Source of the DNA: an uncultured bacterium
GTDB taxonomy: Bacteria; Krumholzibacteriota; Krumholzibacteriia; Krumholzibacteriales; Krumholzibacteriaceae
Length of the DNA stretch: 58,066 nucleotides
NCBI GenBank assembly: GCA_964457905.1
Contig: CAYWGA010000005.1
Location: forward strand, 1 to 58,066
Direction of reading: 5' to 3'
Shown: positions 7,925 through 17,345 of the stretch, in pieces
Position numbering within the stretch: position 1 is the first letter of the stretch
Layout of the letters: each line of letters opens with the position of its first letter
Notes under the pieces: generated by a model
What the model was told of the DNA's origin: nothing
The model's input: the letters and a program-made list of their open reading frames with translations, nothing else
Database searches by the model: none
Translations under genes and position numbers: made by a program

Positions 7925-9724
7925 ATGGACATTCGTTCATACCCTCTCGCCCACCACGTAAAAACGGCGATAGTGCTGGCCGTATTCGCCATTGTGCCCG
8001 CCTGCGCCGAAGAGGACATACCATTCGTTCCAGATAACACAGATACCCCCCTGGAACCGGTCCTGAAATGGACAACCCTGACAACAGCCAGATCACTCAG
8101 ATCGGTATGGGGCTACAGCGACTACAGCGCATACGCCGTCGGCGACGAAGGGATGGCCTTCTACTCGGACGGCAGGGACTGGATACCGATCGATACAGGA
8201 ACGGACGTAGACCTGACCGACATCTGGGGTGACAGAAGCAGAGTGCTTTTTGCTGTCGGAGCTTCAGGAACGATACTGGAATATGACGGCGCCTGGACAA
8301 TCCACTCTACAGAATTTTCTACTGACCTGAACTCTGTCTGGGGCTTTTCCCCCTCTGACGTCTACGCAGCGGGCAACTCCGGGACCATCCTGCATTATGA
8401 CGGAGAACGCTGGGTTTCGATGAACACCGGAGTAATGGTCGATCTCAACGACATATGGGGGAGGTCCGGCGACGACATTTACGCTGCCGGCACGAGCACT
8501 ACCTTTCTCCACTACAACGGACTGAAATGGACCAGGATGCCCTGGCCCCCCTACGTCGGCGAGACCCCGACTTACCACAGCGTCAGAAGCGATTCCGACG
8601 GAAAGGTATTCCTGGCAGGAGGAATGACCGATGGGACCGGCAAACTCTACGTCTGGTCGGGGGGAGAAAATTGGAGGTTTTTCAACAATATCACTACCGG
8701 AACTATTCGTGATCTGTTCATCGACACGAACGACCAGATATACGCCGCGGGAGAGAGTGGAGCGGTCTACGCTATCAGGGACGGAAGACTGTCAATACTG
8801 AGGACCGAAGAACATGTGTCTCTTGAAGGAGTCTGGGCCCGCGGCAGCGAGATCAGGACCGTTGGCTCCCCCGGCATGATCATGAGATTCAACGGCAACG
8901 CATGGATCGAGGAGGCCGGTTTTACAAACGCATCCCTGTATTCGATATTCGGGGCGGGGAAACACGTTTTTGCCGCGGGCGAAAGAGGCGCCTTGCTGCA
9001 CTATGACCGGGAGACATGGGAACTCGATAAAAACACAGCTTCACTCGATCTCTTCGGAGTCTGGGGGCAACGCGACGATGAGATGATAGCCGCGGGTAAG
9101 GCCGGAAAAACACTGGCCTTCGACGGCACGGGGTGGACCGATCTCGGGACACCGCCGATCGACAACCTGCACGATATATGGGGATTCTCCCCGACTGACA
9201 TCTGGGGAGTCGGTTCATACGGCCGGGTCTACCGCTTCGATGGAACCGGCTGGTCCCTCGACGAGGATATATGCCAGGAATGGTTGCTGGGGGTATGGGG
9301 GCCGGAACCTGGAGACATCTTCACCGTCGGACGGGACGGCGGCATCTTCCGCCTCGTTTCAGGCTTCTGGACGATCATGTCGAGTGGTGTCGACTTTACG
9401 CTCAACAATGTCTGGGGCTCTTCCTGCGAAGATGTCTTCGCCGTCGGCATGTACGGCACGATCCTTCATTATGACGGATCAGGGTGGCTCCCCATGGACA
9501 CACCCACGGATGAGATTCTGCACGGTATCTGGGGATTCGCGGCAGATGACGTTTTTGCTGTCGGAGAAAACGGAACGATGCTCAGATACGACGGCGATTC
9601 ATGGAAGATCGAAGAATGCGGCTCCTGTGAACATCTCTATACCATATGGGGAAACATGGACGTCGATATATTCGCCGCTGGTTCTAACGGTACCGTGATT
9701 CATTACGGCTACATCGAAGAATGA
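7925..9724 (+). CDS. Beta-propeller-like repeat protein (about 14 repeats), possible lipoprotein
   Basis: 599 aa with N-terminal hydrophobic segment and Cys (AIVPAC|AEE). About 14 tandem ~40-45-aa repeats fit (D/S/G)(I/V)WG...D(V/I)(Y/F)A(V/A)G..GTILHYDG..W. Confidence 0.8.
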   Translation: MDIRSYPLAHHVKTAIVLAVFAIVPACAEEDIPFVPDNTDTPLEPVLKWTTLTTARSLRSVWGYSDYSAYAVGDEGMAFYSDGRDWIPIDTGTDVDLTDIWGDRSRVLFAVGASGTILEYDGAWTIHSTEFSTDLNSVWGFSPSDVYAAGNSGTILHYDGERWVSMNTGVMVDLNDIWGRSGDDIYAAGTSTTFLHYNGLKWTRMPWPPYVGETPTYHSVRSDSDGKVFLAGGMTDGTGKLYVWSGGENWRFFNNITTGTIRDLFIDTNDQIYAAGESGAVYAIRDGRLSILRTEEHVSLEGVWARGSEIRTVGSPGMIMRFNGNAWIEEAGFTNASLYSIFGAGKHVFAAGERGALLHYDRETWELDKNTASLDLFGVWGQRDDEMIAAGKAGKTLAFDGTGWTDLGTPPIDNLHDIWGFSPTDIWGVGSYGRVYRFDGTGWSLDEDICQEWLLGVWGPEPGDIFTVGRDGGIFRLVSGFWTIMSSGVDFTLNNVWGSSCEDVFAVGMYGTILHYDGSGWLPMDTPTDEILHGIWGFAADDVFAVGENGTMLRYDGDSWKIEECGSCEHLYTIWGNMDVDIFAAGSNGTVIHYGYIEE

Positions 9725-9791
9725 TCCCCGCAGACAAGATTATCCTCTGATTCTTTCTCATATCCGGAGGACCATCCTGTATAATAGGGCC

Positions 9792-11216
9792 ATGAACAAT
9801 ACAGTCAGAGCCCTGCTTAAAGTCCTGTTGATGCTTCTCGCCCTCTGCTGCCTGCTTCCTGCCGCATCAGGCGTCTCTGCCGCGGAGCCGGTGATCGGTG
9901 TCGACATCTCGATGCTCCCCCGGACAGAAGACGGCGGAGGAGTCTTCACCGAGGACGTCGCGCCGGGCGACGCGATGGAGATCCTCGCCGGCCACGGCGT
10001 CGATTTCGTCAGGCTGCGGATATGGCACACACCAGCCGACGGTTACTGCGGACTGGAGAGGACCCTGGCGATGGCCGCTCGCGCGAAGGCGCTGGGCCTC
10101 GGGCTCCTGCTCGATTTTCACTACTCGGACACGTGGGCCGATCCCGGCAAACAGTACAAGCCTGCCGCGTGGGCTGGGCTGTCGACCGCCGAGCTCACCG
10201 ACAGCGTTTACCAGTACACCAGAGATGTCATAACGGCACTTCGCGGCCAGGGAACGCCTCCTGACTGGGTACAGATAGGAAACGAGATCATCTGCGGGAT
10301 GCTCTGGGACACCGGGCGGATCTGCAACCCGTTCGATACTCCCGCCCAGTGGGAAACATTCGCCGGCCTTATCCAGGCGGGGCTCGATGGAGTCAACGAC
10401 GCGCAGGGACCTGGCGATTCGATAACGACGATGATCCACATCGACGATGGAGGAGACAACGGCGCTTCGATCTGGTTCTACGACAATCTCCTCGCGCAGG
10501 GAGTTGACTTCGATCTGATAGGCCTCTCGTTCTACCCCTGGTGGCACGGCACCCTGGACGATCTCTCTTACAACATGAACGACCTCGCTTCGCGCTACGG
10601 GAAGGGGATCGTTGTCGTTGAGACCGCCTACCCGTGGACGCTCGGTTGGAACGACGACACACACAATATCATCGGTCTTGAAAGCCAGCTGCACGCCGGA
10701 TTCCCGGCAACGGTCCAGGGACAGCAGGATTTCCTGAGCGCCCTACTCGATACGATCAGGGCAGTGCCGGACGGCAAGGGACTGGGCCTGTTCTACTGGG
10801 AGCCGGCATACATCGCTGCGCCTTCTGCCGGCTCATCGTGGGAAAACCTCGCGCTTTTCGATTTCGATGGGGAGCTGCTCGCTTCGATTGCGGCCTTCGA
10901 GGACATCATCACAGGGATGCTCGACCTGCCTGTTCCTGACGGTTCGATGCTGCATCAGAACCATCCGAACCCGTTCAACCCCTCGACAACGATCAGGTTC
11001 TGCCTGCCCGAGCGGTGCGCGGTCAGGCTCGAGGTCTTCGATGTATCGGGCCGCCGCACGGCGTGCCTGATAGACGATTTCATGGAAAATGGTCCATACG
11101 CTACCGTATGGACCGGAAAAGACGAGAACGGGACTGCCGCCGCCTCGGGCGTTTACTTCTATACCCTGTCCGCCGGCGAGTTCAGGGAAACACGAAAAAT
11201 GGTACTGCTCAGATAA
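9792..11216 (+). CDS. ganB: Arabinogalactan endo-beta-1,4-galactanase (GH53) with C-terminal FlgD-Ig/T9SS-type sorting domain
   Basis: 474 aa with signal peptide. GH53 signatures are GVDISML, GVDFVRLRIWHTP and DFHYSDTWADPGKQ.KP.AW. The acid/base Glu lies in VQIGNEI and the nucleophile Glu in IVVVETAYPW. CTD: HPNPFNPSTTIRFCLPERCAVRLEVFDVSGR...GVYFYTLSAGEFRETRKMVLLR. Confidence 0.9.
   Translation: MNNTVRALLKVLLMLLALCCLLPAASGVSAAEPVIGVDISMLPRTEDGGGVFTEDVAPGDAMEILAGHGVDFVRLRIWHTPADGYCGLERTLAMAARAKALGLGLLLDFHYSDTWADPGKQYKPAAWAGLSTAELTDSVYQYTRDVITALRGQGTPPDWVQIGNEIICGMLWDTGRICNPFDTPAQWETFAGLIQAGLDGVNDAQGPGDSITTMIHIDDGGDNGASIWFYDNLLAQGVDFDLIGLSFYPWWHGTLDDLSYNMNDLASRYGKGIVVVETAYPWTLGWNDDTHNIIGLESQLHAGFPATVQGQQDFLSALLDTIRAVPDGKGLGLFYWEPAYIAAPSAGSSWENLALFDFDGELLASIAAFEDIITGMLDLPVPDGSMLHQNHPNPFNPSTTIRFCLPERCAVRLEVFDVSGRRTACLIDDFMENGPYATVWTGKDENGTAAASGVYFYTLSAGEFRETRKMVLLR
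10953..11055 (+). repeat. CTD-coding segment forming an inverted repeat with 14420-14525
   Basis: catcagaaccatccgaacccgttcaacccctcgacaacgatcaggttctgcctgcccgagcggtgcgcggtcaggctcgaggtcttcgatgta is highly similar by eye to the reverse complement of 14420-14525. Both encode the shared peptide LPERCAVRLEVFDV. Confidence 0.6.
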
Positions 11217-11293
11217 CACGCCTCCTGTAAATCGTGATTTTCTACTGGGATGTTATTATCGAGAAGGCCACCGTTTCATGAGCCCACACCAGG

Positions 11294-13507
11294 TCAGGGC
11301 AGTCCCAGCCGGTCGAGCAGCTCATCGACCCTCGGATCGCTCGGAAAGTGCATGCAGTCCAATGGAGTCACTCTATGCCAGGGTAAAAAGCTGTCGCGCT
11401 CCTCAATGGATTTTTTTATCCACTCGAAGGCCTGATCCACCTCTCCACGGGCCAGGTGGATGTTTACAAAGCACATCGGCTGTATGTATTCACTGTCTGC
11501 CCTTTTCTTCAGGCTGTCGAAAAGGCGCTCGGCGACCTCCCTGTCCCCGAACCGATGATGAGCCATAGCAACGCTGGCGACATTCAGGGGAACGCCGCCG
11601 GAAAGCTCCAGCGATCTGTCGGCCTCGGCAATAGCTTCCTTGAACATCGATTTCGCCAGATACACCTCGGCAAGGTGATGGCGTGCGAACCAGTCGTTTG
11701 GCTCGATCACGAGCCATTTCTGAAACTCTTCGATCGCCTCGTCGTACAGGCGTGCCTGCCAGAGCCTGTGCGCGAGAGATGTATTGCATATGCCGGATAA
11801 CGGATCGAGCTCCCGCGCTTTTCTGGCCTGGATGACGGCCTCGTCGTACCGCCTCATGAGATTCAGGTAGAAAGAATAATAGACGCGGGTGTAGGAGGAA
11901 TCCGGAGACAGTTCGATGGCTCTCTTGAATTCTCTCTCCGCGGCCTCCCAGTCCCAGTCATAGAAGGCATGAACGGCTGCCAGCGACGCATGGGCCTCGC
12001 CAAGGGTGTCGTCTATCTCGATGGCCCTCGCGGCAGCCTCCCGTGCCCTGGGGTACGTGTGCCGCGGCGGCAGATTCCCCCAGAAAGAACTCCACCAGTA
12101 ACTGTCAGCCATGCCGGCATAGGCCAGGGCATAGTCTGGATCCTTTTCGATAGCCTTCTCGAAACACTCGATGCTTCTCACAAACCCGTCCGGCGTCAAC
12201 TTGTTCCAGTAGTAGATGCCCTTCAGATAGAGGTTGTACGCTTCGAGATCCTCGGTGTAGCGCTTTACTATCGTCTCTTTCTGCTTTCCGATCAGCTCCA
12301 CCTTCAGCTGCCCGACGATAGCGGCAGTGATCTCATCCTGAATCGCAAATATGTCATCCATCTCCCTGTCGTATCGCTCCGACCACAGGTGATAGCCATC
12401 GGCGATATTGATAAGCTGGGCCGTAATGCGCAGCCTGCTGCCCGCCTTTCGGACACTCCCCTCGAGGACGGTGCTCACATCGAGCTTTTTACCGATCTCT
12501 CTTATGTCCGTTTCCACTCCCCGGAATGTAAAGGCAGAGGTGCGCGCGGCGACATGCAGTCCTTTCAACTTTGTCAGCGCATTGATCAGCTCCTCGGCGA
12601 GGCCGTCCCCGAAGTACTCGTTCTCCGGATCCTGACTCATATTGACAAACGGCAGCACAGCGATGGAGGGAGCAGGCTCGCTTTTCGAAACATTTTCTCC
12701 ATCGATTGATTCCAGATCCGACAGGAGATCGCCCGCCTGCCCGTAACGCTCGCCGGGATTCTTTGCCAGAGCTTTTTCCACCAGCCGTTCCAGCTCAAAC
12801 GGAATCTCCGGGCGAAGATCTCTTATCGACTGTGGCGGATCATTCAGAATGGAATAGATCACTGCCTGATCGTAGTCGCCCCTGAAGGGCAGCCGGCCGG
12901 TGAGCATCTCGTACAGCACTACGCCGAGGGACCACAGGTCGGTAGCGGGAGTGCTCTCACTACCTTGTGTCTGCTCCGGCGACATGTACGCGGCTGTGCC
13001 CACCGTCGTGTCGATCTTTGTGAGCCTCGTCTGCCCCGCCAGCCTGGCCAGGCCGAAGTCCAGTATCTTTACCTGGTCATCTGCTGTAACGAGGATATTT
13101 GCGGGCTTGATGTCTCTGTGTATTATGCCCTTCCCGTGGGCCTTGACCAGGCCCCGGGCTATGCACCCGGCAATGCCGATGGATTCTTCGAGGGTCAACG
13201 GCCCGCGCTCGATCTTTTTCTTCAGCGTTTCGCCTTCATAGCAGCTCATGCAGATGAATATCCGGCCCTCTTCGGTTTCGTTGATCTCATGTATGGTGCA
13301 GATGTTCGGGTGATCGAGAGCGGAGACCGACCGGGCCTCCTGGATAAAACGTTTCTTCGCCTCGGGATCACGCGTCAACTCGGGCGGGAGGAATTTGAGC
13401 GCCACGATACGTTTGAGTTTCGTATCCTCCGCCTTGTAGACTACGCCCATGCCGCCCTCGCCGAGCTTCTCGAGGATCCTGTAATGTGAGATGGTTCTGC
13501 CGATCAT
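11294..13507 (-). CDS. Ser/Thr protein kinase with TolB-N-like middle domain and C-terminal TPR repeats
   Basis: 737 aa. Gly-rich loop GEGGMGVVYKA, VALKFL Lys, catalytic loop HRDIKPANILV, then DFGLA and YMSPEQ. The middle region SIAVLPFVNMSQDPENEYFGDGLAEELI matches the fold seen in kinase/TPR regulators. The C-terminus has multiple TPR-like A/Y/W-rich repeats. Confidence 0.9.
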   Translation of the reverse strand: MIGRTISHYRILEKLGEGGMGVVYKAEDTKLKRIVALKFLPPELTRDPEAKKRFIQEARSVSALDHPNICTIHEINETEEGRIFICMSCYEGETLKKKIERGPLTLEESIGIAGCIARGLVKAHGKGIIHRDIKPANILVTADDQVKILDFGLARLAGQTRLTKIDTTVGTAAYMSPEQTQGSESTPATDLWSLGVVLYEMLTGRLPFRGDYDQAVIYSILNDPPQSIRDLRPEIPFELERLVEKALAKNPGERYGQAGDLLSDLESIDGENVSKSEPAPSIAVLPFVNMSQDPENEYFGDGLAEELINALTKLKGLHVAARTSAFTFRGVETDIREIGKKLDVSTVLEGSVRKAGSRLRITAQLINIADGYHLWSERYDREMDDIFAIQDEITAAIVGQLKVELIGKQKETIVKRYTEDLEAYNLYLKGIYYWNKLTPDGFVRSIECFEKAIEKDPDYALAYAGMADSYWWSSFWGNLPPRHTYPRAREAAARAIEIDDTLGEAHASLAAVHAFYDWDWEAAEREFKRAIELSPDSSYTRVYYSFYLNLMRRYDEAVIQARKARELDPLSGICNTSLAHRLWQARLYDEAIEEFQKWLVIEPNDWFARHHLAEVYLAKSMFKEAIAEADRSLELSGGVPLNVASVAMAHHRFGDREVAERLFDSLKKRADSEYIQPMCFVNIHLARGEVDQAFEWIKKSIEERDSFLPWHRVTPLDCMHFPSDPRVDELLDRLGLP

Positions 13508-13589
13508 AGCGGGTAAATTTTATCACGCGAATATTTGATTTAATAGTAGAAACTGGCGGGGCCCGCCCTCAAAACAGAAGCGGCGTCTG

Positions 13590-14222
13590 CTACTGGCACT
13601 CGTGCTGGTAGTGCTCGCCGAGAAATGAGAAATCGCTGAGGTTGCACCAGTCGTCGTCATTGTAGTCGGTGCATGGATCGTACTCGGGATCACCGAGCCG
13701 ATGGTTATACGACTGCCCAAAATAGCTCAAATCGGAGAGGTTGACGAAGCCGTCGGCGTTGATGTCGGGGCTGACTATCACGATGTCGAGACACAGCGGC
13801 CCCGTACAGGATTCATTCAGGATCACCCCACGATAGGCCACATAGATCCCACCTTCCAAGATACAGCCGCCGGCCGCTATCTGGCCCGAGAATGTAGTCC
13901 GGCCGAGGGAGTCAGTCGGTGCATCGGCGACAAATCCCCCCGGGCAGAGGTGCATCGTCTGCGACACGTCACATGCGTCTATCCAAAAATCGGTAACCGG
14001 AATCCCTGGTACGCCTCCCTCGCAGTCTCTCCAGATAACCTCGATATAGTCACTGTTGCCACCGCAGCCGTTGCGGATGGGCTCGAAGTTTCCGCATGGG
14101 CAGACGGAGATTCGAAGGGAGCAGGTTATATATGCTTCAGGCGCGCAGGGACACATATCTCCGGCAGAACCAGCTGCAGAAAGAACCGATAACAGAACTG
14201 TCGCGATCACGAGGAGCCTCAT
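13590..14222 (-). CDS. Small secreted Cys-rich protein with C-terminal double dockerin-type Ca-binding loops (paralogue A)
   Basis: 210 aa with signal peptide and GGAGG-like SD. DINADGFVNLSDLSYF and DYNDDDWCNLSDFSF fit the D-x-N-x-D-G-x-x-N-x-x-D dockerin loop. Many Cys are conserved with paralogues B and C. It ends HYQHECQ. Confidence 0.8.
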   Translation of the reverse strand: MRLLVIATVLLSVLSAAGSAGDMCPCAPEAYITCSLRISVCPCGNFEPIRNGCGGNSDYIEVIWRDCEGGVPGIPVTDFWIDACDVSQTMHLCPGGFVADAPTDSLGRTTFSGQIAAGGCILEGGIYVAYRGVILNESCTGPLCLDIVIVSPDINADGFVNLSDLSYFGQSYNHRLGDPEYDPCTDYNDDDWCNLSDFSFLGEHYQHECQ

Positions 14223-14259
14223 GCTTCATCCTCCATTCCAGGGGCACCCTATTATTATA

Positions 14260-16650
14260 TCATCTCAACAGGATCATCTTCTTCGATATCGTCTTCTTGC
14301 CTGCGGTCAGGCGGTAGAAGTAGACGCCCGAGGCGGCAACGCTGCCGTTGAGGTCTGTTCCTTTCCATTCGGCAGTGTGTGAACCTTTATCTATGGACTC
14401 ATCTATAAGCGATGCGATACACCGGCCCGCTACATCGAAGACCTCGAGCCTCACTGCGCACCGTTCGGGCAGGTAGAAGCTGATCGTTGTCGACGGATTT
14501 AACGGGTTCGGGTGGTTCTGGTAGAGCGTCAGAGCCAGTGCAGGCATGGAGATCGGGTCCGTCTCGAAGAGCACACGACTGCCGTCTTCATCTATGACCT
14601 CAACGCGGTAGATATATTCCTCGCCGGGCCGGGCATCCGTGTCGATATGCTGATAGGTTCCTTCGCTTTTTTGCTCAGTTGTGCTGGAGAGCTGCACAAA
14701 CGTGCCGCCGCCCGCTAAACTTCTGAATACCGAGAACCGCGGGTCATCCTCCTCCTGCGAGGTCGCAACACTCCATGTCAATGTTACCTTGCCCTCCCTC
14801 ACACTGCTGCTGAACGACTGCAGCTCGGTCCCGATCTCGTGCCATGGCGCGATGATAACGAAATCGCTGCAATTGAGAGAGCTGTCGACCGCGCAGAGCC
14901 TGTAGAAGAACTCATCCCCGGGGTTCCAGGCATAGTGCGTGAAATGATTCTCCAGGACCAGCTCACCAAACGGATACCCGGGAGGATCACTTACAGGTGG
15001 AAAATCTATCGTCTCGCTCCACTCAAGGACGTAAAAATAGATGTCCTCTTCAGGATGCTGGTCCCACTCGAGGTACATGGCAAGATCTACGGGATACCCC
15101 GTGAATCCAACAGGCGCGGCGGGTGGAAGATCCATCCCGGACTTGTGCCATTCGGGGCAGGTGTCATAGTTGTAAGTAGTCCCCCCGGCGGTCCGCACGG
15201 CCTGGATATAGAATACTGAAAAATCGCGGTCGCTGGTCATCGGGAATTCGCACACATACTCGAGAGAACCGTCGGCAATGACGACAGCTGCTACTTCAAA
15301 GCCTCCCGTCCATCCGGCGCTCCAGAGTATTTCATAGCTCGTCACCGGTTCGGGGATGTCCAAACGGTCCAGAAGAGAACGCGTGAACTCCGCACGGACC
15401 GTATTGCCGATCAGCTCGAAAGCGATATCTCTTGGAGGCAATACGACAAGCCGAGAATCATGGGTGTTGTTGGTCTCATTAGATTCGTCGACGTCATCAT
15501 ACGGATCGACATGCAGCCGGAATCTCCCGTAGGAACCGAACGTGTGGTTCAGGAGAGATCCGATGGCGAGATCGAACTGCACCACAGCGGTCCCGCCGGA
15601 CACAAGCCCCGCGAAGACCTGATAACCGAGATCGGTCCTCCCCAGAAAGGCTCCATGCTCGGTCAGTTCATCGTAATAAAGCTGAACGCGGGATGGCGCG
15701 GCGGGGCACACCCCGGCATTCCGGATCGTACATGAAACGATGATCGAGTCTACGCACCCCGCGATAGTATCGATATGTGCCGATTCCAGGACCATCAGGT
15801 CCGCAAAGCTCGAAGTGATCGCAAACGTCTCCAGAAAACTCCACATGTTTCCGGCCATATCGGATATTCGGAAGCCCCTGAAGATCTTGTCCGGATAGCA
15901 CCCGAAAGGCTCGGCAAATACAAGCACCACCGTCGTATCGCCAGGCAGCAGATCGGCTGACACGGGATAGATGGAATCTGCCTCGACATACCTGCTATAG
16001 ACGAGGTAATTACCGATGTCCTCTGCCGATTCAGCGGTCACTTCCTCGGTGAAGGTGACCTCGAGGGTCATTGGGTCGATAACGAGAAGTTCTTCTACCC
16101 CCGGGGGTGTGACATCGTCGGTGCAGAAATTAATGCATACGTTAGAGACAGGTTCGGCAACCTCAAACCGGCTCTCCCCGTACCCCAGGCAGTTATAGAT
16201 GTTAAATGACAGCCTGTCCCAATGTACTACAGTGCTCTCATCAGGATAGAGCTGGACCATACCCGGCTCCTCGCTTGTCAGCAGTACGGTATGGCGCAGG
16301 GCCCATACCCAGTCGGTCTGGCATTCTTCAAAATATACATCCATGCCGTTCTGCGGGGTGCCGTTTATGCCCATAACAATTGCTTCATTGTAGACCAGGT
16401 AGGCGGGAATCACGATATCAGGATACAGGATCTGAAAAGTCATCAATGTCATCCCGTTCTCTCCGGGCCTCGCCCACAGATAGACATCGATGGGGTAGTA
16501 ATCCGCGGTCCCATAGGTGCAGTGCTCGGTGTGAGTCGAGTCGACATAGAGGCCGAACTGAGGCGACTGCTGAGCCTGCGCCGGGTTCAGGGCGCACATG
16601 ACCGCGAACGCCAGAAGCGTAAGGGTCCTGCTCATCTTTTTCCCCTCCAT
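14260..16650 (-). CDS. Multi-domain Ig-like/CARDB/FN3-like surface protein with FlgD-Ig/T9SS-type CTD
   Basis: The ORF track gives 844 aa starting at 16794, but that extension overlaps the upstream gene. I prefer the start at MEGKKMSRTLTLLAFAVMCALNPAQA (16650, AGAGGTG upstream; alternative 16635). Ig-like segment DVTPPGVEELLVIDPMTLEVTFTEEV. CARDB-like VSCTIRNAGVCPAAPSRVQLYY. FN3-like PPAAPVGFTGYP...LEWDQ. CTD: HPNPLNPSTTISFYLPERCAVRLEVFDVAGR...KKMILLR. Confidence 0.8.
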   Translation of the reverse strand: MEGKKMSRTLTLLAFAVMCALNPAQAQQSPQFGLYVDSTHTEHCTYGTADYYPIDVYLWARPGENGMTLMTFQILYPDIVIPAYLVYNEAIVMGINGTPQNGMDVYFEECQTDWVWALRHTVLLTSEEPGMVQLYPDESTVVHWDRLSFNIYNCLGYGESRFEVAEPVSNVCINFCTDDVTPPGVEELLVIDPMTLEVTFTEEVTAESAEDIGNYLVYSRYVEADSIYPVSADLLPGDTTVVLVFAEPFGCYPDKIFRGFRISDMAGNMWSFLETFAITSSFADLMVLESAHIDTIAGCVDSIIVSCTIRNAGVCPAAPSRVQLYYDELTEHGAFLGRTDLGYQVFAGLVSGGTAVVQFDLAIGSLLNHTFGSYGRFRLHVDPYDDVDESNETNNTHDSRLVVLPPRDIAFELIGNTVRAEFTRSLLDRLDIPEPVTSYEILWSAGWTGGFEVAAVVIADGSLEYVCEFPMTSDRDFSVFYIQAVRTAGGTTYNYDTCPEWHKSGMDLPPAAPVGFTGYPVDLAMYLEWDQHPEEDIYFYVLEWSETIDFPPVSDPPGYPFGELVLENHFTHYAWNPGDEFFYRLCAVDSSLNCSDFVIIAPWHEIGTELQSFSSSVREGKVTLTWSVATSQEEDDPRFSVFRSLAGGGTFVQLSSTTEQKSEGTYQHIDTDARPGEEYIYRVEVIDEDGSRVLFETDPISMPALALTLYQNHPNPLNPSTTISFYLPERCAVRLEVFDVAGRCIASLIDESIDKGSHTAEWKGTDLNGSVAASGVYFYRLTAGKKTISKKMILLR
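14420..14525 (-). repeat. CTD-coding segment, inverted-repeat partner of 10953-11055
   Basis: The reverse complement reads ctctaccagaaccacccgaacccgttaaatccgtcgacaacgatcagcttctacctgcccgaacggtgcgcagtgaggctcgaggtcttcgatgta, closely matching the GH53 CTD-coding DNA. Confidence 0.6.
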
Positions 16651-16663
16651 CGGACACCTCTTC

Positions 16664-17308
16664 TCAGAAACACTCATGCTGGTAGTGCTGGCCCAAATAT
16701 GCGAAGTCACCCAGATCGCACGATCCATCATCGTTATAGTCGCAACATGTGTTGAACGCGGCGTCTCCCTCCTGCGTGTTGTACGCTTCGGCAAACATGC
16801 TCAGATCGGAGAGATTTACGAAGCCGTCGGCATTGATGTCGGGGCTGACGATCACGACATCCGCGCAGATCGGAGTCGTGCACTGAGGCCACTCAAAAAA
16901 TGTCATCCCCTGGCAGGAGATATAGATACCACCTTCCGGTATACAGCCGCCGGCCGATATCCGGGTCGAGAATGTCGTCCTGCCGTCCGAATCGGTCAAC
17001 TCGTCAGCAACAAAGTGCGACACACAGACAGACAGCTCGTGCTCGGCAAGGCAGGCATTCATCCAGTAGTCGGTCCATGGGATATTGGCGATCCCGTTTC
17101 CTGCATAGTCCCTGACAAAGACCTCGATGTAATCGTCCTCTCCTCCGCAGCCGTTCCTGATGTGTTCGAAATCCCCTTTCGGGCAGCAGGAGACCCTCAT
17201 GCCGGTACAGCTGACATTGACTTCACATCTGCAGCCGTCAAGGTGCTGTGCTGATCCTGCCACCGGGAAAATCAGTATCAGCAATAACACGATTATCAGA
17301 GCTTTCAT
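16664..17308 (-). CDS. Small secreted Cys-rich dockerin-tailed protein (paralogue B)
   Basis: 214 aa. Signal MKALIIVLLLILIFPVAGSA with AGGAGG SD. DINADGFVNLSDLSMF and DYNDDGSCDLGDFAYL loops. It shares FVADELTDSDGRTTFS..ISAGGCIPEGGIYI with paralogues A and C and ends HYQHECF. Confidence 0.8.
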   Translation of the reverse strand: MKALIIVLLLILIFPVAGSAQHLDGCRCEVNVSCTGMRVSCCPKGDFEHIRNGCGGEDDYIEVFVRDYAGNGIANIPWTDYWMNACLAEHELSVCVSHFVADELTDSDGRTTFSTRISAGGCIPEGGIYISCQGMTFFEWPQCTTPICADVVIVSPDINADGFVNLSDLSMFAEAYNTQEGDAAFNTCCDYNDDGSCDLGDFAYLGQHYQHECF

Positions 17309-17345
17309 GGTCCCTCCTTGCGCAAATATGCCTCCGTTCCATTCA

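Noticed and set aside
16651-16794. N-terminal extensions in the ORF track (16651-16794, 17985-18017, 32409-32474, 44426-44461, 51800-51922, 57779-57832)
   Set aside because: The extensions overlap upstream genes or lack SD sites. Internal Met codons are preceded by GGAGG-type sites and begin typical signal peptides or conserved N-termini (Ald [10 protein letters not shown], LigA MDKAS...).
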